From Catajapyx aquilonaris (Eukaryota), in the NCBI GenBank assembly GCA_000934665.2, contig JYFJ02001931.1:1-64000 (forward strand): a stretch of DNA of 64,000 bases. Direction: 5' to 3'. The position numbers were made by a program, and so were the translations under genes. This document shows, in pieces, positions 13,008 through 27,159 of this stretch; the stretch's first letter is position 1; each line of letters starts with the position of its first letter. The notes beneath the pieces were generated by a model. That model saw nothing but the letters and a program-made list of their open reading frames with translations. It ran no database searches and was not told the DNA's origin.

Positions 13008-16000
13008 ATGGTAAGTCATTTTATTATTCCATAATACTCCACTAGAAATGCCTTCAGATGAATTTAACAAATTAATGATTTAAATTTATTCTCAAAAAGT
13101 AGTCTACAATATTTCAGTGGTTTTTAAATAGCCAGCATATATCATTTTACAAAAAACCACTGCACCCACACCTTTCAAATAATAATATTTGTACATATTG
13201 TTCCTCGAAGGACAAGATCAGAAAGTTGCGGGAATATATCGACGCCAGCGGAAAACCTAAAAATATTTTGACCGGCAACTATTTTCAAAAAGGATCCATA
13301 TTGCCATTGTATCCTTGGGAAAAGGAGCTGGGACTAACATCATTAGCTCAAGATCCGATATTTCGAGAAAAAATATACGGCCCAGAAAAATCTGAAAGAA
13401 GAACATGCCTGGGGTTCGTGCAAAAATATGCTCATGAATACTGCGATAACACTTCTGTGCATGGTTTTAAGTACGTCGGTGATAAATCAAACAAATGCTG
13501 CGAAAGGTAAGATTCAGAAGAAAGTAGGCATGGATTTAAACTGATTATTATCGTATTACGAGGAGAAGAATAATTATTTCGGAAATATTTCAGAGTCATG
13601 TGGATCTTCATATGCGGCTTATCCATTTTTGGAACTGTGCTGTTCTTGAGGCCATATTTCAAGCAATATTTCGATGTGAATTTGTCGATTACAATAGATA
13701 ACACTGCAGCACCCATTCACAACATACCATTTCCGGGAGTAACTATATGCAATATCAACAAAGCATCACGCTCTTTAATTGCATCATCTGTCAGGAAATC
13801 TCCGTAAGTTTTCATAACGGTGAATATTAGTTCAAATTCTCCCAATAACACTGTTAATGATAAGTGTGTAAGAACCATGGGGCTCAAATTGTTTTGGCCA
13901 CTTTATCCTGGTCTTGAAGCAACCCTTCACATCCACACACACCTGCTCAACGTGGGGCCTGTGCGAAGGGTTGCTTCAAGACCAGGATAAAGTTGCCAAA
14001 ACAACGTGTAGTACTGTACTAGTACATACACAGTTAACGTGCGTGAAATAATAGCATATGTGTACAGTACACCGCAAGTGAGGTGTGGTGCGAACAATAA
14101 ATTANCTGTGCTCATTATTTTATGCAGATGGACAAACTACACGCCCGAAGTCGTACAAGAAGTTATTGATTTTATGTCGCTGTTTTCACAAATCCCGGTG
14201 GACGACCCTCGACCAGTCAACAAAAAAATTAAAGATTGCGCCGACGAGCAAAATAATGAAATCGACAATTTAATGCGTGAGGTAAGCAGATAAAGTATTT
14301 TTAACGGGCAGAGCTCCCAAGATGTTGCTCTTCGAAACTCCTCCAGGGCGGGTACATGAGACCACAGGAGTAACAACTTCATTCTGGAAAGTCCGCCAAC
14401 TACCGATACGAAAATGAGCTCATTTCCTAACGAAAAAGTATACAAAGTATTGTTGAAGTTTCAATATGTGGTACATTTCTCAGGTCATTCAACCCTTGGA
14501 GAGAATGATCTTGAAATGCTGGTGGATAGCAGAGTCTGTCAATTGTTCCAAAATATTCAAGCTATCTAGAACAGACGAAGGTTACTGTTACTCATTCAAC
14601 ACCTTGGTCATGAGAGAGCTCGAGCCAGGAGAAGTATTCGTGTAAGTATAACATCACAGAAAACATGGCCATATTAAATACGGTACCGTTACACTGCTGC
14701 TACAACTACAACAACATGCATTCACGTGACTTTTAATGGTTGCAGAGAGCATGACTCCGGCAACTTATATGGTACGGGTGGTGAGGAAGCAGGATCTGGA
14801 TTCGAAGCATCCGGAGAAGGATCTGGAGGGGATGCCGAAGGAAAACCTGAAACCGCTGCGTCGCAGAGTGGCGCCGGAGGAACAATCATTTTTGGAGGAT
14901 TTGACGACGACGAATATTTCACTTTCCGAACGGGGAATTTTACGCCCCTGAGGGTAAATGGAGCGGGGCCCACTATGGGACTCACGCTCTTGTTGAATCC
15001 TGACGTAGAAGAGTACGTCACCAACACTAACAACGTAAACGGATTCAAGGTAAGTAGTGATCATATTGCACAACAATTATTTCATTCTTCATCTGGCCTC
15101 TCCAAACCTATAATGGAAGACAACAAAACTGGAAATAATTGTGAAAAAAGTGGTTGCATATAATTATCATAATGTGTAATTATATAGAATATAGATTAAG
15201 AGGCCTATAATAATATGCCCAAATCCACATAAAGTGTCAGCTGTCTAGAAATAGACGTGCTCTATATACACAGCACTTCTGCATTTCAGGTGCTGATACA
15301 CGATCCAACAGACTTTCCCAGCGTCGCGATGAGAGCTTTCATTGCAAATTCAGGTCGTGAAATACAAGTCCCGGTGACAGCAACGCAAATCAAAAGTACG
15401 GATGATGTCCGGAATACTTCTAAGAGTCAGCGAGCTTGCCGATACCCGGACGAGGAATCTCTCAATCTCTACACGACCTACAGTCACGCCAACTGCCTGC
15501 TGGAATGTCAAGCTTATTCCATGAAACATCACTGCAAATGCCTGCCATACATCTACTCCCAGCTAAGTTAGTTGCAATCTACCGTACTTGAATAAACTTT
15601 AGTCCTGCGAATAAGGTTCTGGACTTTCTCATTTAGCAGTATGATTCTGAAATTCGTTTAGCATACGAGTAGTCCATGAAACTCCCCAAAAAATATATCT
15701 CGCCTCAGTATTATTTTTGTGAATAGATGGTTCCGAAGTAGCAGCCTATACCCTTATAATCACGTAATCACGAAATATCTACTACGGGTATAGGTATACC
15801 CTGGTTTGTCGAGATACATATCCAGCAGTCAGCAATCCCGTAGCATTTCAATCTTGCAGATTCAATATAATTATGCACATGTCTGCATTGGTACTGTTGT
15901 ATTTAAGCAAAGTACAACCAGATAAAATATAGGCGATATGAGAATGCGCCTCTTTTTTTTCATATAGTATATTTTCGTCGAAAAATATTAACCACTTCTC

Positions 16001-17683
16001 AAAGGGGCCTATTGAGGGGGGCAGGAAACTTAGTAAATAATTAGACGAAACTGAAGTATTACTAGAAGTAGTCTATACTGAAGGTATTATTTTCGCTTGG
16101 TATAATTAATTACAATAAGTGTTATTTGTAGAAAATGTTAAATAGTCCAGAACCTTGTTTGCAATGGAGTCTCCCTTATGAGATAAAGATAATCATATGG
16201 TTCGCATTTCTCAGCAGTCACCGCGAAAAGAAGTGAAATGATATTATTGCCTGATACGCGTATAACATTATTTTGAAGTCAAAATATGTGCTTTAAGGTG
16301 CAGTATAAAAATATAGGCCTCCCTGTTAACATTAATTCCCACTTTTATACAATATTTACATCCACAAGGTTTATGCTGCGACATCCAAGCCTACAGATTT
16401 TTTTTTTCTTCTTTCCATACCCGCACGAGCGTCCCAGAGAAGGAAAGAACAGGTCCGGTCTGTCAAACCACACCCACGGACCCCACCGTATTACCTTTTG
16501 CTTCAATAATACTGTAACTTATAATAAACCAGAGAAGAATGTGAAGACTTACACCCTGCGCACAACACTCGGGTATAGGGCCTACTGCTATAGTTAAAAA
16601 GCACATATGTTTTTCAGTTACGTTTATTATAAAGCCATTCAAATAAATATTGTTCATTAGCACGTTAGCAAACCCTTCATGCAGTTTTTTTGGACCTGAG
16701 AAAAAATGTGCAATTCTAAATTTACCTACGGTAGTTTTTGCAGAAATACTGATACGAAAGTAAGCTGAGCCAGAATATTACTCAAGATAATCAGGATGCA
16801 TATTATGCGATGTTAAGCCTTTATAAAAATAATAATGTACAGTCCTATAAGATGCGGAGACAGTTTCCATTATATTTGCTCCACATCAAGGTCCCAATCT
16901 CAAGATGGGCCACACTATCGAGGTTTTCGTCATTTTATTTTTATTCCCATTTTGAATTGTATTGTAATAACATTACTACAAGATTTCGCTAAAAATATGG
17001 TGACATCACTGAGACAGGGAGAGCCTCACAGACCCAATTCGTTCCAGGTTAAAAACGAAACTCTACTTTTCACTCGCTGCCGCCCAGAAAGTGGCGGGAA
17101 ACCTAATGACCCGGCCCTCTTAATATGTTTGCTTCAGAAACATACTGTACATATGGTATACTGTATATGTCATCTTGTCTTTGCCATTTACTGTATTATT
17201 ACTCACCTTGAACTATCAGATATGTTGCAAAATGCTAGACAAGTTCAAACATAATTGGGCCTCATGTCATTTGCTGTGTTACACTAATGCCCTATATTTT
17301 ACAGAAACGGCACCAGCTTGTGACTTTGAGCAAATGGAATGTATTAACGACCATACAGGTACTTGCACTAATAACATAGTAGTTATTTTGTAGGCCTACT
17401 TGTACATTCTATCATTGCATATTATGAAATGCTCGTTTCTTACTATCAGGCAAATTTGCCTCCATCAAAGCAGACCCCTGTCCACCTGGTCTCGACTGCG
17501 AGAGAGAGTCGATGGAACAATGCAAATGTTCAACCAATTGCGACGAAGTCGAATACACGGCTGAATCAAGCACCGCAACATTTCCCAAACGTTTTGATAA
17601 CGTCCCAATAGATCTGCCGGGAGTTAACAGGTAGGATACCTTTTAACGTCAAACATGAAATACTAATGTTATAGCCTACTGCA

Positions 17684-17758
<75 letters not shown>

Positions 17759-20700
17759 GACTGCATTCCAAAAGTACTGCTTCGCCATTCAAATGTTCAA
17801 ATGATTCTCTCCAATAAGGAATGTATACATATTAAGAGTCACATCTTTAGCTGCGACTGCGCACCAATATCATGTTGGCATAGGCATTCTTCTAACCATG
17901 GCATAGGCCTATATTATTGTAAGCCTGATTTGAGATCTCTCACTTCCAAGCATATTCTTTCGCCTTATCTTGGTAGCCAAACATTTATACATACAGTAAT
18001 TAGAAAAACAAGTGAAAATCACTATATTCAAGATCTGGACCATGTTCTAGACCAGGGCTCAGCAGAGTGGGGTACACTTGCCCCGGGCCTCGGAAGAATA
18101 AGTCCAGCTGGGGCCCCCTGGCCGGACTTACCTTACCCTACCAGCCGACAGAAACTACTGGGCAAAACACCCAATCCAAATGGCGTTTTAACACATTAGG
18201 GGACTCTGGGCCCAATCATTTCTGCATGGATGCCCAATCATTTCTAGAGGCCCCTTTTCAATACTGACTTTTAATTTCCAAATTTTGGCAATAATAATTA
18301 GCCAATTTGGGGCCCTTATTTAGGTTGGGGACTCTAGGCCATATAATTCAATACGGGCTTTTAAATGTCAAATTTTTTCCAATAGAAATTCACCAATTTG
18401 GGGCACCTGTTTCTGTCGGGGCCAATTTTTGAAAACGGCACAGCCGATGCCTTGACCCCTGTCCATATGCGAAGATTCGATAAGACTTGCCCAAACACAC
18501 ACTAATTCTCTGACCCTGAAAATTGGACCACTCAAGATGTGGGAAAAAGGAAAAGGGCTAAATATTCAAAACTCAACTAACATAAATACGTAGTACCACT
18601 CATAAAGAATGGTACGACTCTATAGACAAAATGTTTATTCTGTTCCCAACCCCTGGGTCACCAACATGTTTTAGGAGTCATGAGGAAGGCTGGGAAAAGG
18701 CAATTAAGATCAAGAAAAAATAGAAGGAAAAAACAAGGCAAAGTAAGAAAATTTAAAGGGGGAAATTCATTTGAAATCTATGTAAGCATTGTACCAGGTA
18801 GAACATTTTGGTAATAAAAAATTTCGGAAAAAGTCGGGAGGGGGGGTCATATGGGTCGCTAGAGATCTAGGTCAAGTTGTCCATAGTGTCGCGACGAAAT
18901 CAGGTTGGGAATAATGCTGGATAGTCAGAATAAACACGTCGTCCATAGAGTCGTACCATTCTTTATGAGCGGGACTGATACATCAAAAGACGGAGGAGGA
19001 CGAGAATGCAACTATAAATTAGCTTCACTCGAATATGTAACCAGAAAAACGTGCGGAATTCCATAGGTCACATATCTCAGAATATATTTGGGTCTCCTAA
19101 AATAATTATAGTAGTGAATTTGCAAAACATCCCTCAGTCATATTTTCTCGCAAGCCATACATCGTATATCTGGTTTCAAATTGAATATAATATTAAACCT
19201 TACGTGGGTCACAACTCATGTCACCAAATATGACTGACGTTACGCAAACACATGACTGATAATTATCGGAGTCCAAATTCTTGGACGTGTGACTACGCGT
19301 GTGACGAATAGAACGAATGGCACACGTTTTTCTGCTTACATTTTTGAGGAAAATGTATTAATTTCATAGTTGAATTTTTCTAGTATTTTTTTACGTCATT
19401 TGATATCTATGTTTAAAGGGTTTTGACCAATTCCACTAACCGAAAAAGTACTTCCAAAAAAGGCCTCATTTTTAGTCATTTCCAAAATTTTGCGAATTTA
19501 CCCCTCCTCACGCTATTGAGCAATATGGATGAAACTTGATATTTAGCGTTATGGAATATGTGTGCACTTCTGTGTCTTTTCCACCAAAATCCGAGAGGTC
19601 AGAATGAAAGGTCATTATGAGTTACCAGTGACCTAAGGAACATGCATATAGCAATGAATTTCCAATGACAAAAATGTTGATTTTTGTTACATAGTGTAAT
19701 TATAAATGCCTCCTGTCGGGCATTAAAAACCCTAATTAATTAAGATGCTATGTGTGCAAGAGGAGCCATGACATTGCAATAGTAGGGGCTAGGTTCCGCA
19801 ACACCCTATTTGTGCACATTCATAGCCCCTTTCCTATTTTCCATATCTCGACTGGTTGCATTTTCATGGTGTGCGAATTGTACTGTGCTTGTGCAAGTGA
19901 AATCGGGACCTACTGGCACGTCTCATTGACTGCTTTGTACATTTTCAGAGTGTAGGGCATATAACTTTATTCCACTTTACACGGAGCAATGGGAACTGTG
20001 AATCGCAGGGAATAATAATTTTATACAGGGTGATTCTCCCGAATGGAAACCAAAACGTTCCTCAATAACATACTTTTTAACTATGGTATAGTTCCCAATG
20101 AAAATTGACAAGTACAGTACTTATACCTTGTATCAAGCCAAACGAGGTCTGACTAAAGAATATACCAAAAGTGGTCCCCTGCCTCCAGCATCCAAGAATT
20201 TTTTGATGCGAGTCTGCATATTGCCGAAGACTCCTGCTAATGTGGCGGCGGGGATGGCATCAATCTCCCGCCGTATCGCGTCTTTGAGAGCACCAAGGCC
20301 ACGGGGACAGTCCAATTATTCGTTTTGGGGTATGTTGGGTTGTTTGTTTTTCTCGCGGAGTGTGTCAAAGGGCTGTGTATACAAAAATAACCCTCGAACA
20401 ATCGATGCTCAAAGACGCCTTACGGCGCGCGGCGGGCGGGAGATTGATGCCATCCCCGCCGCCACATCTGTAGGAGTCTTCGGCAATTATATGCAGACTC
20501 GCATTAAAAAATTCTTGGATGCTGGAGGGGTCCACTTTTGGTATATTCTTGAGTTAGACCTTGTTTGTCATGATACAAGGTAAGTATACTATCGGGTTCA
20601 AATACTTTTGGCCACATCCTGGTCTTGAAGCAACCATTCGCACAGACCCCACGTTAAGGAGGTGTGTGTGGTAGTGGGCGCGTATTGCTATCCTAGTGAG

Positions 20701-20935
20701 GAATTTTTTACGCATTTTTCCTATCCTTGCGAGGAATTTTGTCATTACGAGGTAGTTTTCCTGTACCTCATAGTGAACACACGCCTCACAAGGACAGGGA
20801 AAAATCGAAAAATACCTCATAAAGACAGTAAAAATATATTTCACCAAAATTTCGTGTTTCCTTGCAGGTTAGGTTAGGTTAGGTTAGTTTTAAATTTTAA
20901 ATTTTGGAAAAACCTCACAAGGATAGGAATGCGCG

Positions 20936-20975
<40 letters not shown>

Positions 20976-22144
20976 GGGTTGCTTCAAGACCAGGATAAAG
21001 TGGCCAAAAGTATTTGAACCCGATAGTACACGTCAATTTTAATCGGGAACCCTACCATAGTTAAAAAGGTATTGAGGAATGTTTGGGTTTCCATTCGGGA
21101 GAATCACCCTGCATATTGATGATATGGGTATGAATTTATTTTTCGCTTACTGTAGATGATGTCTCAAAATGGTTGGAAAAACATGCAGACATGTTTAAAT
21201 GTATTTATTTATTTATTTTAACCAAAATCGCAAACATCGCTAAATAGGAAATGGGGTATATTCGTAAAGTCTGCAAGCTCTTTTAGAAAATTCAAGCAGA
21301 ATTAATTTGCACTTGTGACTTCATTATATACCTTAATCGGCTAACTTGCCAACCATTCCCAACCATGTAACCATAATAACATGTGCGTTTGTGACTTCAA
21401 TGCCAAAGGTCAATAGTAATATTGTTTATTTGGTTACGTGTTTTTTATGTCGTTATAAGAAGGGGCCTCTAACATATGACTCCTGCCCCCGACCTCAGAC
21501 AAGCTCTGCAGGGGCCTAGTCTGGACTATTTGGAGCATGTTCCAAGACAAAAAAAATTCCTCACTGCACATCTTATAGAGCAGGGGTTCCCAACCTGGGG
21601 GTCATGACCCCCCAAGGGACCCCCCAAGGTCCAGGGGGGCCGTGAGAGGCCGCGGTTATTTTTATAAATTAAAAAATAACTAAAAAATTAATAAAATAAA
21701 TTTTATAGGTAATTTCATCACGACGGTTTTTTTTCAACATCTACTAACACTCGAGGGAGAGGGGGGGGGGGTCGCATGTTACTTGACTATCATAAAAGGG
21801 GGTCGCGACCCGAAAAAGGTTGGGAACCCCTGTTATAGAGTATAGTCCTCACACAGGCATCACTCCACGTCTCGAACAGTTCAGTTGGGACAGCTTTGAG
21901 AAAGTGTTTGTTAGGCTAGAGAGTGACCAGACACTTATAAAGAATACAATTGGTGAGAAGAGCACTCTTGACATATTGGCTTGCAAAATCTGTTGCCAAG
22001 ATTCGAAAAATGCTTCTCCTGACATGATTTTTGGTTCAGTATTAGCTAAAACTTTGCGTTATCATGTAGTTACTGTATATTCATTTTCGGAGAGAATTCT
22101 GTGCAATTTTTTCGTGGCCAAACTGTATAATTAATTGTGGAACG

Positions 22145-22200
<56 letters not shown>

Positions 22201-22314
22201 GTAATAGTAGTAGTAGTAGTAGTAGTAGTACGTTCCAAAAAAAAGTAATTTAACATTTTTGTTGATCAAACACAACCGCATATCATTATTGGTGTTACTA
22301 CTACTACTACTACG

Positions 22315-22354
<40 letters not shown>

Positions 22355-22445
22355 GTAGTAGTAGTAGTAGTAGTAGTAGTACGTTCCAAAAAAAGTAATT
22401 TAACATTTTTGTTGATCAAACACAACCACATATCATTATTGGTGT

Positions 22446-22504
<59 letters not shown>

Positions 22505-25500
22505 TTTATTTTATTTTATTATTGATTACCCCACAAGGTCCAGAGGCCTTCTTCGGGGGACACACATCTCCTCTTTACATAGTATCGGGTAATTCACATT
22601 TCAATATCACAAAAAGTCAAATTCTTAATTATCAAATCAAAGAAACGAGCCAACATATAGGTATCTTCTTTAGATATATACCGAAAGAGCATGTGTAGCA
22701 GATGAGGTGGGGTTCGAGGTATTTTGACAAGATATTTTTTCCTCGCATTTCGAGAGAATCCACATTCATATATCAGATGGAACAAGGTCAGGGGTTCATC
22801 GCTCGAACACAATGTATGATACATGCTTCCTCTTTATTTAGCTTGATGTATCCAGTACTAACCCTGAAGGTCTCAGATTTGTTGCGAAGATTAGCAATCA
22901 ATCTAATCATGTTAATTGGTAGATTATAGCCAATATAATTAGCCTGCAGGTCACCAATATAGTAATCATCATAAAAGAAATACTTGTTTGATTGTTCATA
23001 TCCCGTTCGGTCGAGATGAAGCGAGTAGTCTATCAATGTCCTTATCAAAGAACCCACATCAAGACCCGCTGGATCCATTAATAAGCTAGATCCCTCCACC
23101 CCCATATTCCGTGACCAGCCATTAATTCGCTGAACCCAGTCAATTCCGGTCCCCATTGACGACTTCATGTAAGCCAATGCCTGGTGGACATATCCTTCCT
23201 GGGGCAGGTTATCTATTCTGGTTAGCCACCTAATAAGTTGTTTCAGGACATTGACAAACAGGTGTCTTCTCCCAGTTTCTAGTCTCACGAAGTAACCGGC
23301 AGTCCTTCGCGGTAGGGAGAAGAACCTCCTAATGAATTGGGTCTGTATTTTTTCAATTTCTAGAAGTTGCGCCAAGGACCATATTGGGGCTGCATAGAGG
23401 GCTGCTGGGAGGATTTGAGCATTAAAGATCCTCATTGCATGAGCAAAATTTCGAATTTTTAATTTAACTAAAGTGGGCCACATTCCATTTACAACGGCAT
23501 TTGCTTTTGCATACATCGTTTCCATCATCCTTCGATATGAAGTTGATGCTGAAAACACTACTCCCAAATATTTATACGTAGAACAAAATTCAATCGGTAT
23601 ATTCTGCGACCAATAGAACTGGAGTTTCTTAGGTATCCTATACCTTTTCTCCTAAAGACCACCACTTTTGTTTTACCAGTGTTTACACTTAACCCCTTGT
23701 CCTCGAGATATGCAGCCATTGAATTCAACAGTCTCTGTAGATAGATTGGTTGATCGCTAAGGAGCACCAGGTCATCCGCAAATTGTAAGCATCGAATCTC
23801 GATAGTTCCAGGCCCAAAGTTAATACCCGGTATACCTTTATCCTCCCATACTTTAGATAAATCGGCCAGAAAGAGATTAAACAATAATGGTGACAAGCGT
23901 TCGCCCTGCAGCACACCTTTGGTAATTTGAATGTCAGGCAACCCTTCGAATCCTCCTATTACTGCTGTCCCATAAATTTTTTGAATTAGTGACATTAACC
24001 TCCCTCCTAGTCCCAGTTTACTTAAATGCTGAAATAGTTTCTGGTGAGAAACGTTATCAAAGGCTTTCGTCAAATCAAGGAAAGCTGCATACAATTTGCC
24101 CCTGGGCTTGAAAGTGTACTTCTGAATAATTGCATTCAACGTAAGAAGATGATCATAGGTAGTCCTACTCGGCCGGAAACCCAATTGAAACTCAGGTATA
24201 ATATCCCACTCTTCGGACCAATCTCTTATTCTTATCTCCATGAGAGCCGTAAGGATTTTTGTTATGTTGTTCAGGAGTGAGATGGGGCGATAATTCGCCG
24301 CTACAAGAGGGTCCCCGCTCTTCAAAATAGGTATTACTTTAACCTTGACCCATTCCTCCGGTATTGTTGTCTCATATAAAAATTTATTGAATACCAAAAG
24401 TAGCATATCTCTCAGACGCGGGGAGGGGGTCGTCCACAGTTCATTTGGCAGCAGGTCAAGGCCGGTTGCTTTGCGATTACTAAGCTTCTTCAGGGCTCTA
24501 TCTAACTCATTCATTGTAAACTCGTTATCCAGTGGGTGAGGCAGGTAAACTGATTCCAATTTAAATGAGCTTATTATTGCGGATTTATAGTAGCTCTCTA
24601 AATAGTTATGCCACAGTTCGTTTGATAATTTAACTGTTTTCGGTTTAGATTGATATTTCCTTATAGTGGTCCAGAAGTCCCTCGAGTTTTTTGATCCAAT
24701 AAGTGTTTGTAGCGTCGTTGAGAAATACAGCTTCTTTTTTGCCATTATCAGTTTCCTATACTGTCTGTTCTCATTCAAGTATCCTATTTTGTCACTTTCC
24801 TTATTTGTGTCCTGCCATTTTCTTAGTGCTGTTCTTGTCAGTCTCTTCTTACTCCTCAAACTATCATCATACCATACGGGTCCTTTTTTAACGTTCAATG
24901 ACCTCTGAGTCACCACAATGAAGCCAAAATCAACAAGCAGCGTAGTCACTGTCCTGATCAGAGATTGGGCCGCCTCCAAGGCCGATTTCTCCATCGATCC
25001 AACCACATCTAGAGCACCCATCTGGTCCTTCAAAATTCCAAACCCCCCCAGTGGTCTTATCAGTATTTTCCTTTTATCCATTAATCTCCTAGACCCACCT
25101 TTCACTCCCAGCTGCATCTCAACCGAAATAAATAAATGATCAGAGGCTATCCTATCATGTATCTTAAAATCGGTAATAATCTCCTTCAGCTCATGCGAGC
25201 ACAGTGCCATGTCAACCACACTCTGTCCCATCTTCCCTATGAAGGTGAATTCTCCCCGTGGATCCGATTTGGACATACCATTTAAAACAAACAATGAGTG
25301 GTATTCCATAAACTGTATTAACTTCTTACCCCTTTGGTTCAAGACCCTGTCTTTTGATTGCCTCTGCTCTGCATCACATACTCTGTCTCTCCAGGAGGTT
25401 CAAGACTGTAATCCGCTATCCTCGCGTTGAAGTCACCCATCAATAAAATCTTTTCGCCTTTAACATAGCAATTTTCAATTATGACATTAATCTGTGATAT

Positions 25501-27101
25501 CACTGTATCAAAAAGGGGATTTGGAGGTAGGTAGATTAAACCAAAAGTGATTTCCTTTATCGGTTCCGGAAAAGTTAATCGCAGAAAAATAAAGTACTGA
25601 CTTGACGCAGTTTCGACCGGTTTAGGTGAATCATGAGCCAACAATAACAACCCACTAGAATATCTACCATCATAGCCTTTTGCTGGAAATTCACATATTT
25701 GTCCACAATTCGAGAAGTCACAATCTCAGAAGCCCAAGTTTCTAGGAAACCATAACAACCCGGAATTTCAAAAAGATTTGAGCACTCATTTAACACATCG
25801 TTCATTGACAATCCCGCTATATTCCAGGAGCCACACGTGTATGCACCAATGGGTTCCACGCCAGAGTTTGGGTAACTTACTTGAGTTAGTATCTTGCTCA
25901 CTTGAACTTGCTTTATCACGCACTTAGATTCACTACTCTGTATGGTACTGGATTCAACAGCACACGTTTCACTTGAGGAGGGGCTCAGGTATGTCGTTGC
26001 CAGCGAATCATATGTCAAAGACTTCCTTTTCTTGCTTCACTTTTTTTGACCCCTTCCTCTCCCACTTTTGGCCGTCTTGTTTCCGGCCAGTTCCCAACCG
26101 GCATGCTGATCATCTGATTCCTCTTCGTCATCTTCAATCACCGTGTATGTACTGTACTTGCCGCAAGCGGGTTCCCTTTTGACCCATGCTCAGGTGTATT
26201 TGGAGTCTCAGACGGGGAGAGGAATCTGGATTGCTTTGGGATACGGGGTGGTTCAGAGGGAGAACGCAGCCTTTTTTGTACAGGCAGGTCCGTTACTTGA
26301 CCCTGACGTATGTGGTCATGTCGGGCTGACTTGTGGAGCTGAATTGGGTATATATCCGATCCGTCTTCTGTAACTGCATACAGTTTCTTGTCCAAAAGCA
26401 GCTTGTCTTGCCTCAGGTGTGCGATGCAGCCTCGTTCTCTTGCCTCCTTTAGGAACGGGGCCAGTAGTTTCCTTTTGTTTCTCGTCTCCATAGAGAAGTC
26501 CTCAGCAATCCTAAAGGGCGTGTCCCGCAGAAGATGACCTCTCCGCATCACCATATCTCGGTCGGGGTAGAAGGTAAATTTTGCAATGATCGGACGTAGG
26601 CCTCGGACTTGCCCCATTCGATGGACCCTCTCGAGCTGCAGTGATGTTGGGCTGGGGTGTAAATTGTGTTCCGTCAAGAAGGTCCGGAACATCACCATGG
26701 TCTGGTCCCAGGTTTCTTCTTTCTCCTCCTTAACTCCGTATATGACTACGTTGTTACGGCGGGTTTGATTTTCCAGGCGTTCCACCAACGACTCCAAGGC
26801 CATGATGCGTGACCTCATCTCGCCATTTGACTTCTGTTGGTCAGCTACAAATGTCCCAAATTTCTGGTCCCACCTCTTCTCCATCTCGGATATCGCCGTC
26901 GTCAAGGAGGTGTCGAGTTCCATCTTCAACTTCCCCACTCGGTCATCAAGTAGGCCCGCTATCTGCTCGATAGATGCCATCTTCTTCTCGATTGCACGAA
27001 AGTGGCCCTATTGCACTCTTCTCACTTATCGACACGCTGTTAAAAAACACACGTCTGGTCTGGGTCAACTCTAGAGAGAGTGTGTACTACTACTACTACT
27101 A

Positions 27102-27159
<58 letters not shown>

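Larger units (their letters stand above)
20026..21111. mobile_element. Tc1/mariner-derived MITE hosting two nested elements
   Basis: TIR cagggtgattctcccgaatggaaacc with its inverse at the right end; inner inverted arms ~20140-20275 vs ~20435-20580; transposase-like remnant FWG..VYKNNPRTIDA. Confidence 0.8.
22504..27084 (-). mobile_element. Near full-length non-LTR retrotransposon (APE-type LINE; clade uncertain, possibly RTE-X/L2/CR1-related), ORF2 frameshifted
   Basis: ORF1 at 26138-26980. ORF2 pieces carry endonuclease motifs (SWNIAGL, IYLPP, MGDFNARI, FTF..SVVDM, SDH), RT motifs (YRPISLL, QLGFR, FLDLTKAFDNV, GVLQGERLSPLLF, FADD) and a C-terminal HLIYEC zinc-knuckle-like motif. The 3' end is AATAA-rich, and both ends abut (TAC)n. 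It lies in intron 17631-27321 of gene 2. Confidence 0.93.

Noticed and set aside
20098..20583. 161-aa ORF as a transposase
   Set aside because: Lies within an inverted-repeat MITE and has only a short transposase-like remnant with no DDD/E triad.
20868..20887. Interstitial telomere or chromosome fusion scar
   Set aside because: Only about four TTAGG units, internal to a small TIR element.
18053..21519. Possible large hAT-like element enclosing the nested MITE cluster (cagggctcagcagag ... ctctgcaggggccta)
   Set aside because: Terminal match and putative TSD are too imperfect to call.
22139..22503. CRISPR-like repeat/spacer pattern
   Set aside because: Eukaryotic context, identical spacers, microsatellite repeats and no cas genes.
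22198..22525. Poly-T/S/L/Y/V ORFs (also the poly-L and poly-C ORFs at 54733-55142)
   Set aside because: Translation artefacts of trinucleotide microsatellites.
23558..25342. Retron, DGR or domesticated reverse transcriptase
   Set aside because: APE-RT architecture, upstream ORF1 and an A-rich 3' tail identify an ordinary non-LTR retrotransposon.
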